Assembly: GCA_003245835.1 (NCBI GenBank)
Contig: QKCC01000072.1
Location: 9,982 to 73,981, forward strand
Source: Spirochaetales bacterium
GTDB taxonomy: Bacteria > Spirochaetota > Spirochaetia > UBA9216
Direction: 5' to 3'
DNA: 64,000 nucleotides
Shown piece after piece: positions 53,647 to 63,630 of the stretch (its first letter is position 1; each line of letters opens with the position of its first letter). The translations under genes were made by a program, and so were the position numbers. The notes under the pieces are model-generated. The model was given only the letters and a program-made list of their open reading frames with translations. It ran no database searches and was not told where the DNA came from.

Positions 53647-56600
53647 TTAATATGAAAAGTGCCAGGATAATCCAAGACTCGTCTGGTTCAGCCCCGAAAG
53701 CGGATCGTTAAAATCCGGGTAGAAGCTGAACTCGACATTGGCTACCGGTCCTTCCCATTCCAGCGTAATCTCGCTGTCTATATTCATCTCAGGACTTCCA
53801 GAATAACCTGAATCATTATAAAGATCAAACTGTATCATACCTTGTAAGAATATATCATCTGTAAAATACTTTCCCAAGAATAATGTCGTATTGTCAAGAT
53901 ATCTTGCTAAATTACCCTGACTGTTATCATTCGAACCGCCGAAAACGGTATTTTCCAGCAGGTTACTGAAAAATGACGAGCGGATGGACAGCAGATCCAG
54001 CCCAATCCAGGTTTTAAGCCCGTCTTCGATGCTTCTGAGCAATGTGAACTGGGCAAGAAGATCAGCGGTCAGCATTGCCGCGCTGCCGAGCCCGGTGTCG
54101 CCGCGTTCGAAGGTACTGAAAATATTTCCGCCGAGCATAGATATAATTTCGGCGGTCGACATTGCGGGTTCGGATTCAAACCTCGGGATAAAGGAACTCA
54201 GCGGGGATTGATCGACGACAAGGAAGATTTTGGTCAGTTCTCCTTCGGTATTGACGTCCCGTATTTCCGCCCTTGTACTGAGCAGAGGATCCATTGACTG
54301 AATCGTCTCGTTATTGAATTTTATACTTCCTTCCTTGATATAGAAATTACGTTCAAAATAGAAAATTTCTCCGCCTTTCAGAACAAGATCGCCCGCCAGA
54401 AACAGACCGGAATCGACGTTATATTTCAAATTCAGGTTGTTTTCCGGGGAAAGGAATGCCTTCAGTATCGGGTAATCCTGGTTAGGCCAGAAAAACTGGT
54501 TATTTTCACCTGTAACAATATTGAGATCACATGTGATTGCAAATTTCGGTTTACCCGGAGAACCGTAATTGAGGTCGGAATTAATCATAAAGACTGCTTT
54601 GGAACCGTTCAGATCCCCGTCGATGTACATATTGCTGAAGTCGCCGTATATATTCATTGAGCCGTCGCAGAAACCCTGTATATAAAACGGCTTTCTGTAA
54701 AAACGGGCCGATATGGCATTGCCTTTCGGGACCGATATTTTTATGTCATAATTGCGGGGCAGCCAGCGTTCAATAACTGCCGAGGCTCCGACCATCGCGA
54801 TTCCGTTGTTTGTTGTAATTTTTGTTACCGGGGCTGTGATGTCTTTGCCGCTGACAAAGAATGATGTGTCGAACGGTTCGGAAACGTCCAGAACAATAGG
54901 GGGCGACAGGACCATCTTATGAAAATCGAGCTGTCCGAAAAGATCCGGATCATTGACAGGTCCCTGTATTCTTATTTTACCGCTGAGATCACCCTCGTAA
55001 AAACTGAACCCGGCAATATCGAGGTTATCAAAGATGTATTTTATTTCGGAAACAGTCGCATTGATATTTCCGTCTGATAAGATTCCGGCTGCCGAGAGTT
55101 TAACTGGGAAAGGTTCCGAAGCCTCTGCTGTGAACGATCCGTCACCGTAATAATTACAGACAATTTCGTTTGAAGCCCCGCCGATGATACTCATTAACTG
55201 TTCTTTTCTGGAAAGTTTGAAATGCCATGGGTATCTAAATACGCCGTTTACGAAAATATCAGACATCGCTAAATCTGCCTGGAAATTGCCGCCGGCGAGT
55301 TCCGGCAGATCGAAGATTGAGGCCGCAGTTACTGTTTCGGCATCTATTTTGAAATCGGACTGAAAACCGAAAAATGAACTATCGGATAAAATCCTGCCCC
55401 CGATATTGTGTTTTCCGGTTGCCAGATCGAGATTCCCGCTCAGGTCTTCAGTTTTATAGTTTCCGAATGTGACTGCCGCCTGTTCTATTAAAAGGTCAAG
55501 ATCCTTGTAGCTTGCGGTTGCAGAAAGACTGACTCTCTCATTATTCATTTCTGCTTTTTGTGTCGCAAGCGTCAGTCTGAACTGCGGATCGGAAAGAGTT
55601 CCTGCAAGTTCGATTGCGCCTTTAATTTCTCCTTTCACAGGGAAATCATTTTTAATTCTCCGAAGAGGAAACCCGCTGAAATCGATTTTTCCGTCATAGC
55701 CGGCGGCACCGAAGCTGCCTGTGAGCGAGTATTTTTCGTTCCCGGCGGCTGAGCTTAGATTCAGCTGCACCTTTCCTTCGGGAAACGGAAGAAGATCGGT
55801 CAGCGCGATGCTGCATCCGCCGCTGAGCGATGTTTTTTCATCACGGTAGTTCAGCCTGTAGAAATTGCCGCCGTCCTGTGAGAACAGCGCGGCAAGGCTC
55901 AAAGTTCCGCTGCCGTAACCTGTTGCCAGACCGTCAAGAGTCAGATCGTTCAGCAGGAGTTTCCAGTTATCGGTGTTCCTGAAAAAGCCGGCAGCGTTAA
56001 TGGTCAGGAATGAGGGTTCCGCGGAATGCAGCGGCAGCCGTTCAGTTCTGAGCGCGAATGTTCTGACATCATCGGGTGCAGTGAAGAAATTGAGCTTAAA
56101 GCCGTAGTCCCCGAAAAGCGACAGGCTGCCGTTTTCCGAAACCACCCCGGAGGTTTTTAGTTCGATTCCATTGAAATCGAGATCGGTTTTTAGATACATT
56201 GAGGTGTCGTCGGATAAAATCGAATCTACATTACCCTTCAGGTTATAATCATCCCAGTTCAGGTTCATATTCGAAATTCTCAGCCCGCTGTTGTTCCCTG
56301 AAACTGCAAGGCTGAGCTGCCGGCCGGGGTTGAAGCGGTCATAAAGACGGATTCCCGAGGACGCAAAAGACAGCTGGCTCAGTGACCCTGAAAGGTAGAT
56401 TTCAGTTGAAAGCTCGAAATTTCTGAAAACATCGGGCACCCTGAATTCAGGACTGACCGCTTCGATAACCGGAGTAACAAGCAGATTGTCTGCATTGAGT
56501 AAAGCCTGTATGTAATATTCCTCTCCAAACTGCAGAACGCCTTCCGAATATATATGATCTTCCGACAACGGACCGGTGTTCAGATCGGAATTTATGCTGA

Positions 56601-58005
56601 ACTCAATATTGTCATCATATGGTTTCAGCACTATTTCGGTATTGTTCAGTACAAGCTCGTTTAAGGTTGTTTCGGAAGCATCGAGAGTATATGATTTATC
56701 TTTTCCGGTTGATATGTTAATTGAGGATTTTACGGAGTATCCCCTGAACACAAGCCCGGGAATATCAAGACGGCCGCTGACAGCAGGCAGCCCGGGTTCC
56801 AGGCTGATGCGGCCGGAAAAACCTGCGCGGCCCGGCGCCGCATTCACGGACGATTTTGTCACAAGAATTTGCCTGTTATGACCGCTGAAATCGGCAGATA
56901 GATCAATCGGCGTATCGAGGATACCGGGCAGCTCTGCAATACTCAGGAGGCCGCTGTAATCGATTCCGTTTTCATTATTGCTGTAAGTCAGCTGTGCCTT
57001 CCCGCTGAGTGATGCTGTTCCGAATAAGGAATAAGAAGACAGCATTTCTTCGGGGGTGAAATAATTGTTGAACACAAAGTCCTGGGCATTGATGCCGACT
57101 GTATAAATTTTGGTGTTAAAATCGGCATTCAGACTTAAATCGAGCGGGATATTGTCACCGGTTTTGGTAATACGCAGAGTCGACGGGGAATTATATGCAA
57201 CGTTCCATGCAAGCTTGCCGGCTGAAATGATATTGGATGCCAGGTTTTTGGTATCGATATCGAGGTTAACCCATTTAAAATCTGAATCGATTCGACCGCT
57301 GATTTTTAAGTCTGAATTAAACATCAGCCTGTTCCCGGGGAAGATCTCCGGCAGGCCCGTCATATGCATCGAAGCACCGGTTTTCATGGCGAGCTGAAGA
57401 TCACCTTCTTCTGAAACAGACAGTGAAAAAAATAACCGTGAAAGATCTGCATTCAGGTTGTCGTTCTCAACGCGGATGCCGATATTTCTTCCCCTGACGG
57501 TAAAATTATCAGGCATGTGAATTTTGCTGCCTGCCTGGTTAGGTTTTATGTCGGAGGTATCAGACGCGGGAGACTTCGTAAGATTTTTCAGGACACTGCT
57601 GATTTCAGGGTTTTTGGCACTGTTGAAATCAATCTGTGAATTGACTATCAGCAATCCGCTCAGCGCGTTGACTGGATTATCAAACCTGAACTTTGCGGGA
57701 TTAAAATCAAGACGGAGTTTTTCAATCCGGATCAGCGCTTCTGAAGGATTTTCCGACGACATCACCGTGAAGTCTCTGATTTCGAAGGCATGCAGGATTG
57801 ACGGGGCTATACTGCTGTAGGTTATTTTATGGCTGATTCTGCTTTCAATAATTTCAACGGCCTGCATTTTCAGCTGATATATCTTTTCACTGACACTGAG
57901 CCTTACAGGAAAAAGAAGGATAAGCAGAAACAAGCAAACTACAGCTGAGATTATTATTTTTAGTCCAATGGCCTTTTTTTCGGCAGTTCTCAGAACCATC
58001 CTCAC
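53647..58005 (-). CDS. tamB: TamB-like translocation and assembly module protein (AsmA-like/DUF490 C-terminus)
   Basis: A 1452-aa protein with an N-terminal TM anchor, a very long beta-rich repetitive body and a conserved C-terminal region. It lies 14 nt upstream of bamA, as in described spirochete tamB-bamA-skp loci. Confidence 0.8.
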   Translation of the reverse strand: MRMVLRTAEKKAIGLKIIISAVVCLFLLILLFPVRLSVSEKIYQLKMQAVEIIESRISHKITYSSIAPSILHAFEIRDFTVMSSENPSEALIRIEKLRLDFNPAKFRFDNPVNALSGLLIVNSQIDFNSAKNPEISSVLKNLTKSPASDTSDIKPNQAGSKIHMPDNFTVRGRNIGIRVENDNLNADLSRLFFSLSVSEEGDLQLAMKTGASMHMTGLPEIFPGNRLMFNSDLKISGRIDSDFKWVNLDIDTKNLASNIISAGKLAWNVAYNSPSTLRITKTGDNIPLDLSLNADFNTKIYTVGINAQDFVFNNYFTPEEMLSSYSLFGTASLSGKAQLTYSNNENGIDYSGLLSIAELPGILDTPIDLSADFSGHNRQILVTKSSVNAAPGRAGFSGRISLEPGLPAVSGRLDIPGLVFRGYSVKSSINISTGKDKSYTLDASETTLNELVLNNTEIVLKPYDDNIEFSINSDLNTGPLSEDHIYSEGVLQFGEEYYIQALLNADNLLVTPVIEAVSPEFRVPDVFRNFELSTEIYLSGSLSQLSFASSGIRLYDRFNPGRQLSLAVSGNNSGLRISNMNLNWDDYNLKGNVDSILSDDTSMYLKTDLDFNGIELKTSGVVSENGSLSLFGDYGFKLNFFTAPDDVRTFALRTERLPLHSAEPSFLTINAAGFFRNTDNWKLLLNDLTLDGLATGYGSGTLSLAALFSQDGGNFYRLNYRDEKTSLSGGCSIALTDLLPFPEGKVQLNLSSAAGNEKYSLTGSFGAAGYDGKIDFSGFPLRRIKNDFPVKGEIKGAIELAGTLSDPQFRLTLATQKAEMNNERVSLSATASYKDLDLLIEQAAVTFGNYKTEDLSGNLDLATGKHNIGGRILSDSSFFGFQSDFKIDAETVTAASIFDLPELAGGNFQADLAMSDIFVNGVFRYPWHFKLSRKEQLMSIIGGASNEIVCNYYGDGSFTAEASEPFPVKLSAAGILSDGNINATVSEIKYIFDNLDIAGFSFYEGDLSGKIRIQGPVNDPDLFGQLDFHKMVLSPPIVLDVSEPFDTSFFVSGKDITAPVTKITTNNGIAMVGASAVIERWLPRNYDIKISVPKGNAISARFYRKPFYIQGFCDGSMNIYGDFSNMYIDGDLNGSKAVFMINSDLNYGSPGKPKFAITCDLNIVTGENNQFFWPNQDYPILKAFLSPENNLNLKYNVDSGLFLAGDLVLKGGEIFYFERNFYIKEGSIKFNNETIQSMDPLLSTRAEIRDVNTEGELTKIFLVVDQSPLSSFIPRFESEPAMSTAEIISMLGGNIFSTFERGDTGLGSAAMLTADLLAQFTLLRSIEDGLKTWIGLDLLSIRSSFFSNLLENTVFGGSNDNSQGNLARYLDNTTLFLGKYFTDDIFLQGMIQFDLYNDSGYSGSPEMNIDSEITLEWEGPVANVEFSFYPDFNDPLSGLNQTSLGLSWHFSY

Positions 58006-58055
58006 TATCCGGGTTATCAGATCAAATTTACACTAAAAACTCTATAAAGTCAGAG

Positions 58056-58088
58056 GTAATTTCAAAAATAACTTACTTTTGAAATTAC
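58056..58088. promoter_or_regulatory. Perfect 12-bp inverted repeat in the divergent tamB/tmk control region
   Basis: GTAATTTCAAAA - 9 nt - TTTTGAAATTAC. The right arm contains a TTGAAA -35-like hexamer oriented toward tmk. Confidence 0.4.
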
Positions 58089-58114
58089 AGCTGTATATCA
58101 AGTAATTGCAGAAA

Positions 58115-58762
58115 ATGTCCCAATATTCTATTATCGGAACCATAATGGAAGCATCTTCAGAAATCATCAGAAATTTTATAGTACTTGAAGGGCTCGACGG
58201 GAGCGGAACCACAACGCAGCTGAATATGCTGACAGAAAGACTGCGGCTGCAGGGCCGCAGGGTCTTTCCGACCTGTGAACCGAGTCCTATGCCTTCAGGC
58301 AAATTAATCCGCCGGGTACTTGAAAGAGAGATAACCGTTGAACCCGAAACACTTGCCAGACTGTTCTCTGCAGACCGGCATGAACATCTGTATAATAAAT
58401 CAGACGGGATATTAAAGCATATACACTCAGGGGAAATTGTAATCTCGGACCGCTACCTTTTTTCATCGCTCGCGTACCAGTCACTCGACTGCGGTTTTGA
58501 TTTTGTGCGCTCACTGAATAATTACCCCCTTCCTGAGTACCTTGTCTATGTCGATTTGAGTCCCGAGGTCTGCCGGCAGCGTATGAGCGGCCGCGAGATA
58601 GAAGAACTGTTTGACGGCAATTCAATACAGGACAGGATTATCGAGAATTATGAACGGGGGATTGCAGCATTCATCGGAAGCGGTATGAAGCTTGTCCGCA
58701 TTGACGGAACAAAAACTCCGGAACAAATTTGCACTGAAATATTGGACGCCGTAAGCCGATAA
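58115..58762 (+). CDS. tmk: Thymidylate kinase
   Basis: It has the P-loop-like LEGLDGSGTTTQ, the DR.. motif (SDRYLFSSLAYQ) and a lid region. The start is ambiguous: TTG at 58106, ATG at 58115 or ATG at 58145. None has a clear Shine-Dalgarno sequence. Confidence 0.88.
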   Translation: MSQYSIIGTIMEASSEIIRNFIVLEGLDGSGTTTQLNMLTERLRLQGRRVFPTCEPSPMPSGKLIRRVLEREITVEPETLARLFSADRHEHLYNKSDGILKHIHSGEIVISDRYLFSSLAYQSLDCGFDFVRSLNNYPLPEYLVYVDLSPEVCRQRMSGREIEELFDGNSIQDRIIENYERGIAAFIGSGMKLVRIDGTKTPEQICTEILDAVSR

Positions 58763-58769
58763 TTAGAAT

Positions 58770-59378
58770 GTGAAGAATTCATTGTGTGGCATTTTTACAC
58801 TTCTTTTTCTAATTGTTCCGCTTACGGGAGCTTTTTCTTATAAGCTGCTGTACGCGGAACAGTTTTACAAACTCTATCATTCACATTATATTCAGTACCC
58901 CGAAGACAGCGCAGAAAACATCTACTACCTCGAAACCGCGCTTAAGCGGCCGTTCGTTAATCCTCTTAACGCACTCGGCCTGATAAAGAACGAATCGGAA
59001 TGGGAACGCTACCGGCTGCTTTTTACAATGCATGTGAACCTGAAGCTTATCGAACAGTACCGCCGTCTTGCGGTGAAATTTGACAAGCATGACGCATACT
59101 TCTTCAATTACCCGTTCAAGCAGGAGAACCTGAAAAGTCTTCAGATGGCTGAAAAATATTATAAAGATGCGCTTTATTACTGGGACAAGGTCCTCGAACA
59201 GGTCAGCCTGCTTGAATCAAACAAGTATATATACATCGACGGTCTTGAGCCCTGGGAAGATGAACTTTACAGAATAAAAAGCGGTGAACTCGATTATAAC
59301 GAGTTTGTAAACAACGATCTCGAAAGACTGTACTCGGTTCGGGCGGCCTTCGAGGCTATGACCCCCGCAACCTATTAA
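58770..59378 (+). CDS. Secreted helical protein, function unknown
   Basis: It starts at a GTG and has a signal-peptide-like N-terminus (CGIFTLLFLIVPLTGAFS). The 200-aa body is Tyr/Glu/Lys-rich and helical. I recognised no family. Confidence 0.5.
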   Translation: MKNSLCGIFTLLFLIVPLTGAFSYKLLYAEQFYKLYHSHYIQYPEDSAENIYYLETALKRPFVNPLNALGLIKNESEWERYRLLFTMHVNLKLIEQYRRLAVKFDKHDAYFFNYPFKQENLKSLQMAEKYYKDALYYWDKVLEQVSLLESNKYIYIDGLEPWEDELYRIKSGELDYNEFVNNDLERLYSVRAAFEAMTPATY

Positions 59379-59434
59379 ACTCACGTCCTGTTAAACTGCT
59401 TCGACGGGGGTTACTCCTGAATCTGCTTCCTTCA

Positions 59435-62400
59435 TCAATTTTCTTTTCTCGCTGTGCTGTTCGACAATCTTGTATACTGCCGGTACCAGAAAAGCGTAAG
59501 CATCGTTGATGTGATTAGCCCGCCTGCAATCGACTGCCCGAGCGGAGCATAGACCTCGCCGCCGTTTCCTGAGGCGAACGCCATCGGCAGAACGCCGAAA
59601 AATGTCGTCAGCGTCGTCATAAGGATCGGTTTGAGCCGTGAAGCGCATCCGTCAACAATTGCTTCAATAAGCGGTACCTGATCCCTTTTTCTGATCAGGT
59701 TTATATAGTCAATCATTACGATTGCATTGTTTACTACAATTCCCGCCAGCGATATAACCCCCAGCATCGGGATGATGGATATCGTGCTGCCGAAGATCAG
59801 AAGTCCTGCAATAACTCCGATCAGGCAGAACGGTATAGAGATCATGATTATAACAGGCTGAACAAACTTCTCGAACTGAATTACCATTACGGAATATACA
59901 AGAAAAACGGCAATACCGAGTATAAGAAAGAGCGATTTGAACGAATCCGAAATCAGACTCGAGGCACCGCCCGTTTCCCATGATACCCCGTATGGAAGCT
60001 CAATCGTGTCGATGTAGCTGCTTACTCTTTCGGTTATGCCGATCTGGTCCTGCGTATCAAGATAGGCTGTGACTGTGAGCGTAATGTTCTTGTTTTTCTT
60101 GATTATCGCTGAAACCGCGGGTTTTGTTTCGAAATCCGTGAAACTCGAAAGGCTTACAGTTTTTCCTGACCCGCTCTTGATGTTGATCAGGTTGATTGTG
60201 TCATCGCTGATTTCTTCACCGGCAATGTCGGAAGTAAGCAGAATATTATAATTTTTACCGTTCTGCCTGTATGTGCCCGCGTCCATTCCGCTGAAGAATA
60301 TACGGGTGGTAACCGCCGCTTCATAGGGTGTTATTCCGAGACTTCCCATATAGTCGAGCATAAGATTTGATACAATTTCTTCCTTTCCGTAATGCATATC
60401 CATGCTCGTTGTAATTACATCATCATCCTTTTCCAAAAACAATGATATACGTGCTGCTGTCTGCATTAAATCATCTAGATTGTTTCCGGACAGCCTTATT
60501 TTCAGCCCCTGTCCGCCCGTTGCCATACCAATCAGGGAATCGAAGCCTCCGTTGACCACAAAAATCTCGGCATCGGTGATTTCCGCGTTGAGCTCCTTCT
60601 GCAGAATGGAAATTATTTCATGAACGGATCTTTTCCGGTAATCGGTTCCTACAAGTTTCAGCTTCGCCGAAATGCTGCTGTTGGTTTCGGTTTTGTAAAA
60701 TGCGGAATCAATTTCAGGTACAAGCGATCGCACCACACTGTCTATTTCATCGGCCTTGTCCCGGGTCTGCTCAAGACTGAATGAATCCGGGGTCCGTATA
60801 CTGATTTCGATTTCACCGGTATCGGTAGGGGGAATAAAACTTACTCCAAGGAACCCTACCAGTACAACTGTCGCTATAAGTATAACCACAGCCGCGGCAA
60901 TAATTGCGAAGGGTTTTCTGAGAACAGCTGAGAGTCCTTTTTTGTACATCCGAATCAGAAACTGAATGCCCTTTTCAATTGTATTGTGAAAAGCTGTCAG
61001 GTATTTATGCTTGCTGTTGTCTTCTTTCAGAAACAGCGCGGAAAGATACGGAACAATTATTACGGATACCAGCGCTGATGCGGCAAGCGCGAAGACAATT
61101 GAAAGCGAAAGCCCTTTCATTATAATTCCGATGACGCCGGTAAGAAAGGCCATCGGCAAAAATACGCAGATTGAGGTTGAAGCGGATGCGAGCACCGAGC
61201 CGCCGACTTCGCCTGCGCCGAGTGAAGAAGCCTCTATTGCCCCCATACCGTCTGAAAAATGCTTGTTGGTGTTTTCAAGAACGACAATGGAGCTGTCTAC
61301 AATCATACCAATTGCAACCGTGATTCCGGATAGGCTCAGCATGTTCAGTGTTGTATGCGTCAGATACATCCCGATTATTGTGATAAGTATCGAAATCGGA
61401 AGCGACAGCCCGATTATCAGGGTGCTTCTGATGTTGTGCAGAAAGATATATATGATGAATACGGCAAGTATAATACCAGAAATAGCCGTCTGAATAACCG
61501 TATTTATTGTAAGGTTGGAGCTTTCCCTCTGGTCGGTTACGACATTGAACTCGAATTTTCCGGGGAACCGGTTTTCCGTTTCGGCAATAAGCTTATCGAT
61601 TGAATTGATTATGTCGATTGTGTTGCCGCTGCTTCGTTTAAGTACATCGATCTGCAGCAGGTCTTTGCCGTTATACCTTATATATGTTTCAGGTGCCTTT
61701 TCGGCAAAGCCTATTTCTGCTACATCCTTGAGATAGATCAGCGAATTGTCTTTCTGTCCGATAACAAGATTTTCAAGTTCCGATATACTGGAAAATTCTC
61801 CCGAAGTCCGGACGTTTATATTTTTTCCCTGATAGCCGACGGAACCGGCAGGCAGCGAGATATTATAGTATTGAAGAAGACTGTAAATATCGAGTACGGC
61901 CAGGCCTCTAGTTTCCACTTCGTCCAGGTGGAGTTTGATTTCAAGCTCGTTGGAATAATCTCCGTAAATGTTTACCGAAGATACACCTGAAATCCGTGTG
62001 ATCCCTGCTTTAAAATCATTTTTAATAAAATCCGTGAAGGTTTCAACCGGAAGCGTGCTTGAAACGGTGAATGAATAAATAGGCATCAGCGATCCGGCAT
62101 CATGAATATAAATTTCGGGCTCACCGGTGATACCGTCAGGCAGCTTGTCTGCAGCATTGTTAAGCTTTTCACGCATTTCGGGAAGTTTCGAAAAAACATC
62201 TTCACCGTCGTTGAATTCGATTACAACAATTGAGACCGAGTCCCTGGAAGTCGACGAGAGTTCCTTAAGCCCCGAGACGCTTGAAAGCGCGTCTTCGATT
62301 GGACTTGTGACTTCGCGTTCCATATATTCCGACCCGATTCCGGGATAAACCGTAACAACAGATGCTCCGGCAAGTCCCATTGCGGGAAATGCTTCCTCGT

Positions 62401-62497
62401 TAGAGTTCATGAAGGCTATTACACCGAATACAACAATCGCTACGAGTATAATTGTAATAACAGCCGGGTGTTTTATCGAATAATCTGATAGTTTCAT
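59435..62497 (-). CDS. RND-family efflux transporter permease (AcrB/HAE1-like)
   Basis: A 1020-aa protein with the 12-TM / two-large-periplasmic-loop topology and typical N-terminus (IKHPAVITIILVAIVVFG). Conserved TM4 and TM10 regions are present. Confidence 0.93.
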   Translation of the reverse strand: MKLSDYSIKHPAVITIILVAIVVFGVIAFMNSNEEAFPAMGLAGASVVTVYPGIGSEYMEREVTSPIEDALSSVSGLKELSSTSRDSVSIVVIEFNDGEDVFSKLPEMREKLNNAADKLPDGITGEPEIYIHDAGSLMPIYSFTVSSTLPVETFTDFIKNDFKAGITRISGVSSVNIYGDYSNELEIKLHLDEVETRGLAVLDIYSLLQYYNISLPAGSVGYQGKNINVRTSGEFSSISELENLVIGQKDNSLIYLKDVAEIGFAEKAPETYIRYNGKDLLQIDVLKRSSGNTIDIINSIDKLIAETENRFPGKFEFNVVTDQRESSNLTINTVIQTAISGIILAVFIIYIFLHNIRSTLIIGLSLPISILITIIGMYLTHTTLNMLSLSGITVAIGMIVDSSIVVLENTNKHFSDGMGAIEASSLGAGEVGGSVLASASTSICVFLPMAFLTGVIGIIMKGLSLSIVFALAASALVSVIIVPYLSALFLKEDNSKHKYLTAFHNTIEKGIQFLIRMYKKGLSAVLRKPFAIIAAAVVILIATVVLVGFLGVSFIPPTDTGEIEISIRTPDSFSLEQTRDKADEIDSVVRSLVPEIDSAFYKTETNSSISAKLKLVGTDYRKRSVHEIISILQKELNAEITDAEIFVVNGGFDSLIGMATGGQGLKIRLSGNNLDDLMQTAARISLFLEKDDDVITTSMDMHYGKEEIVSNLMLDYMGSLGITPYEAAVTTRIFFSGMDAGTYRQNGKNYNILLTSDIAGEEISDDTINLINIKSGSGKTVSLSSFTDFETKPAVSAIIKKNKNITLTVTAYLDTQDQIGITERVSSYIDTIELPYGVSWETGGASSLISDSFKSLFLILGIAVFLVYSVMVIQFEKFVQPVIIMISIPFCLIGVIAGLLIFGSTISIIPMLGVISLAGIVVNNAIVMIDYINLIRKRDQVPLIEAIVDGCASRLKPILMTTLTTFFGVLPMAFASGNGGEVYAPLGQSIAGGLITSTMLTLFWYRQYTRLSNSTARKEN

Positions 62498-62509
62498 AAA
62501 CAGGCAGGC

Positions 62510-63589
62510 CTATTTGATTTTTACAGGCTGTCCGCTGGACAGGAAACTCTGGCCTTCAACAATAATATCGAGTTCAGCTGCTTCAGGCGGGATTACAAAG
62601 TAGTTATCGTTGCCGAAGCTCTTGATAAAATCGAATTTTTCGGCGGTCGAGGTATCCTTGTCTACATACCAGAGTGTATTGGCGGGGCCGAGTGCCGAAT
62701 AAGGAAGATAGTAAACATTGTCCTTTTTTTCAGTATCAAAAACGCAGTAAACATACATTCCGGGTCTGAATGCGGTGATATTACCGGTCAAACTGCAGAC
62801 TATTTCGAAGTTTCTGGATTCAGGTGAAATTACAGGAGAGATATTCCTTATCCTGCCCTTCACTGCCGTATCTTCCTGTCCGGGTCTGAATACCCGCAGG
62901 CTCATGTCGGATTTGGTCCTGAACAGCTCGTAATACTTGTCGGGGACGTTAAGTTTTACAATCAGATTCGAAAGATCGCCTATAGTAAGAATCGGCAGTT
63001 CCGGTGCGGCTATCGATCCCTGATTTGCGTGTACCATAAGAACGGTTCCGCTGATAGGCGACCTGATTTCGGTATAGCTGGCCTGAAGGGCTGCAAGTTC
63101 ATACTGGGATTTGTAGGCATCATACTGGGATTTTGCCTGATCATAATTCTGTTTTGTAGTGGCGTTCGATTTAAACAGCTGTTCGACCCTTTCAAACGAT
63201 GATTTGGAACCCAGATAGGCGGCTTCCGCCTGTTTGAGCTGCAGATCATAGGACCTGGAATCAATCTTTGCAATCAGCTGGTTTTCGGCTACCTGATCGC
63301 CGACTTCGACATCGAGCTCCTGAAGAGTCCCCGAAACAAACGGAATTATGGTAATAACATCGTCCGACTGAATATAACCGTTAAGTCTCAGGGTCTGGTA
63401 CAGGCTGCCCTTCTGGGCCCGAATCACCTTAACAGGCGTATACTGTACGGCATCTTCTTCGGAAACGATGATTTTATCGTCAGCCTTTGTTCCAAGCAGT
63501 ACAACAGCTGCTGCAAGCAAAGCAAGTGTAACGAGTACGGGTGCAAGTATCTTTTTTCTAAAAGGAACGCTCATTCTTTTAATATACAT
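62510..63589 (-). CDS. Efflux RND periplasmic adaptor (membrane fusion protein)
   Basis: It has an N-terminal anchor, a lipoyl/hairpin region (I.SP.SG.V) and a coiled-coil hairpin (LKQAEAAY...QYDAYKSQYELAALQ). It lies 12 nt upstream of the RND gene. Confidence 0.88.
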   Translation of the reverse strand: MYIKRMSVPFRKKILAPVLVTLALLAAAVVLLGTKADDKIIVSEEDAVQYTPVKVIRAQKGSLYQTLRLNGYIQSDDVITIIPFVSGTLQELDVEVGDQVAENQLIAKIDSRSYDLQLKQAEAAYLGSKSSFERVEQLFKSNATTKQNYDQAKSQYDAYKSQYELAALQASYTEIRSPISGTVLMVHANQGSIAAPELPILTIGDLSNLIVKLNVPDKYYELFRTKSDMSLRVFRPGQEDTAVKGRIRNISPVISPESRNFEIVCSLTGNITAFRPGMYVYCVFDTEKKDNVYYLPYSALGPANTLWYVDKDTSTAEKFDFIKSFGNDNYFVIPPEAAELDIIVEGQSFLSSGQPVKIK

Positions 63590-63595
63590 TTTTTC

Positions 63596-63624
63596 TTGCA
63601 GGAATTCAATATTTCTGACATAAT
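63596..63624 (+). promoter_or_regulatory. Candidate promoter for tetR giving a leaderless transcript
   Basis: TTGCAG (63596-63601), a 17-nt spacer, then CATAAT (63619-63624). The tetR ATG at 63631 is only 6 nt after the -10 and has no Shine-Dalgarno sequence. Confidence 0.4.
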
Positions 63625-63630
63625 AATTTC

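Noticed and set aside
59391-59648. An 85-aa ORF on the - strand overlapping the 3' end of the RND gene in another frame.
   Set aside because: It lies largely within the conserved RND coding frame. Its sequence is Arg/Ala/Asp-rich and featureless, with no independent start signals.
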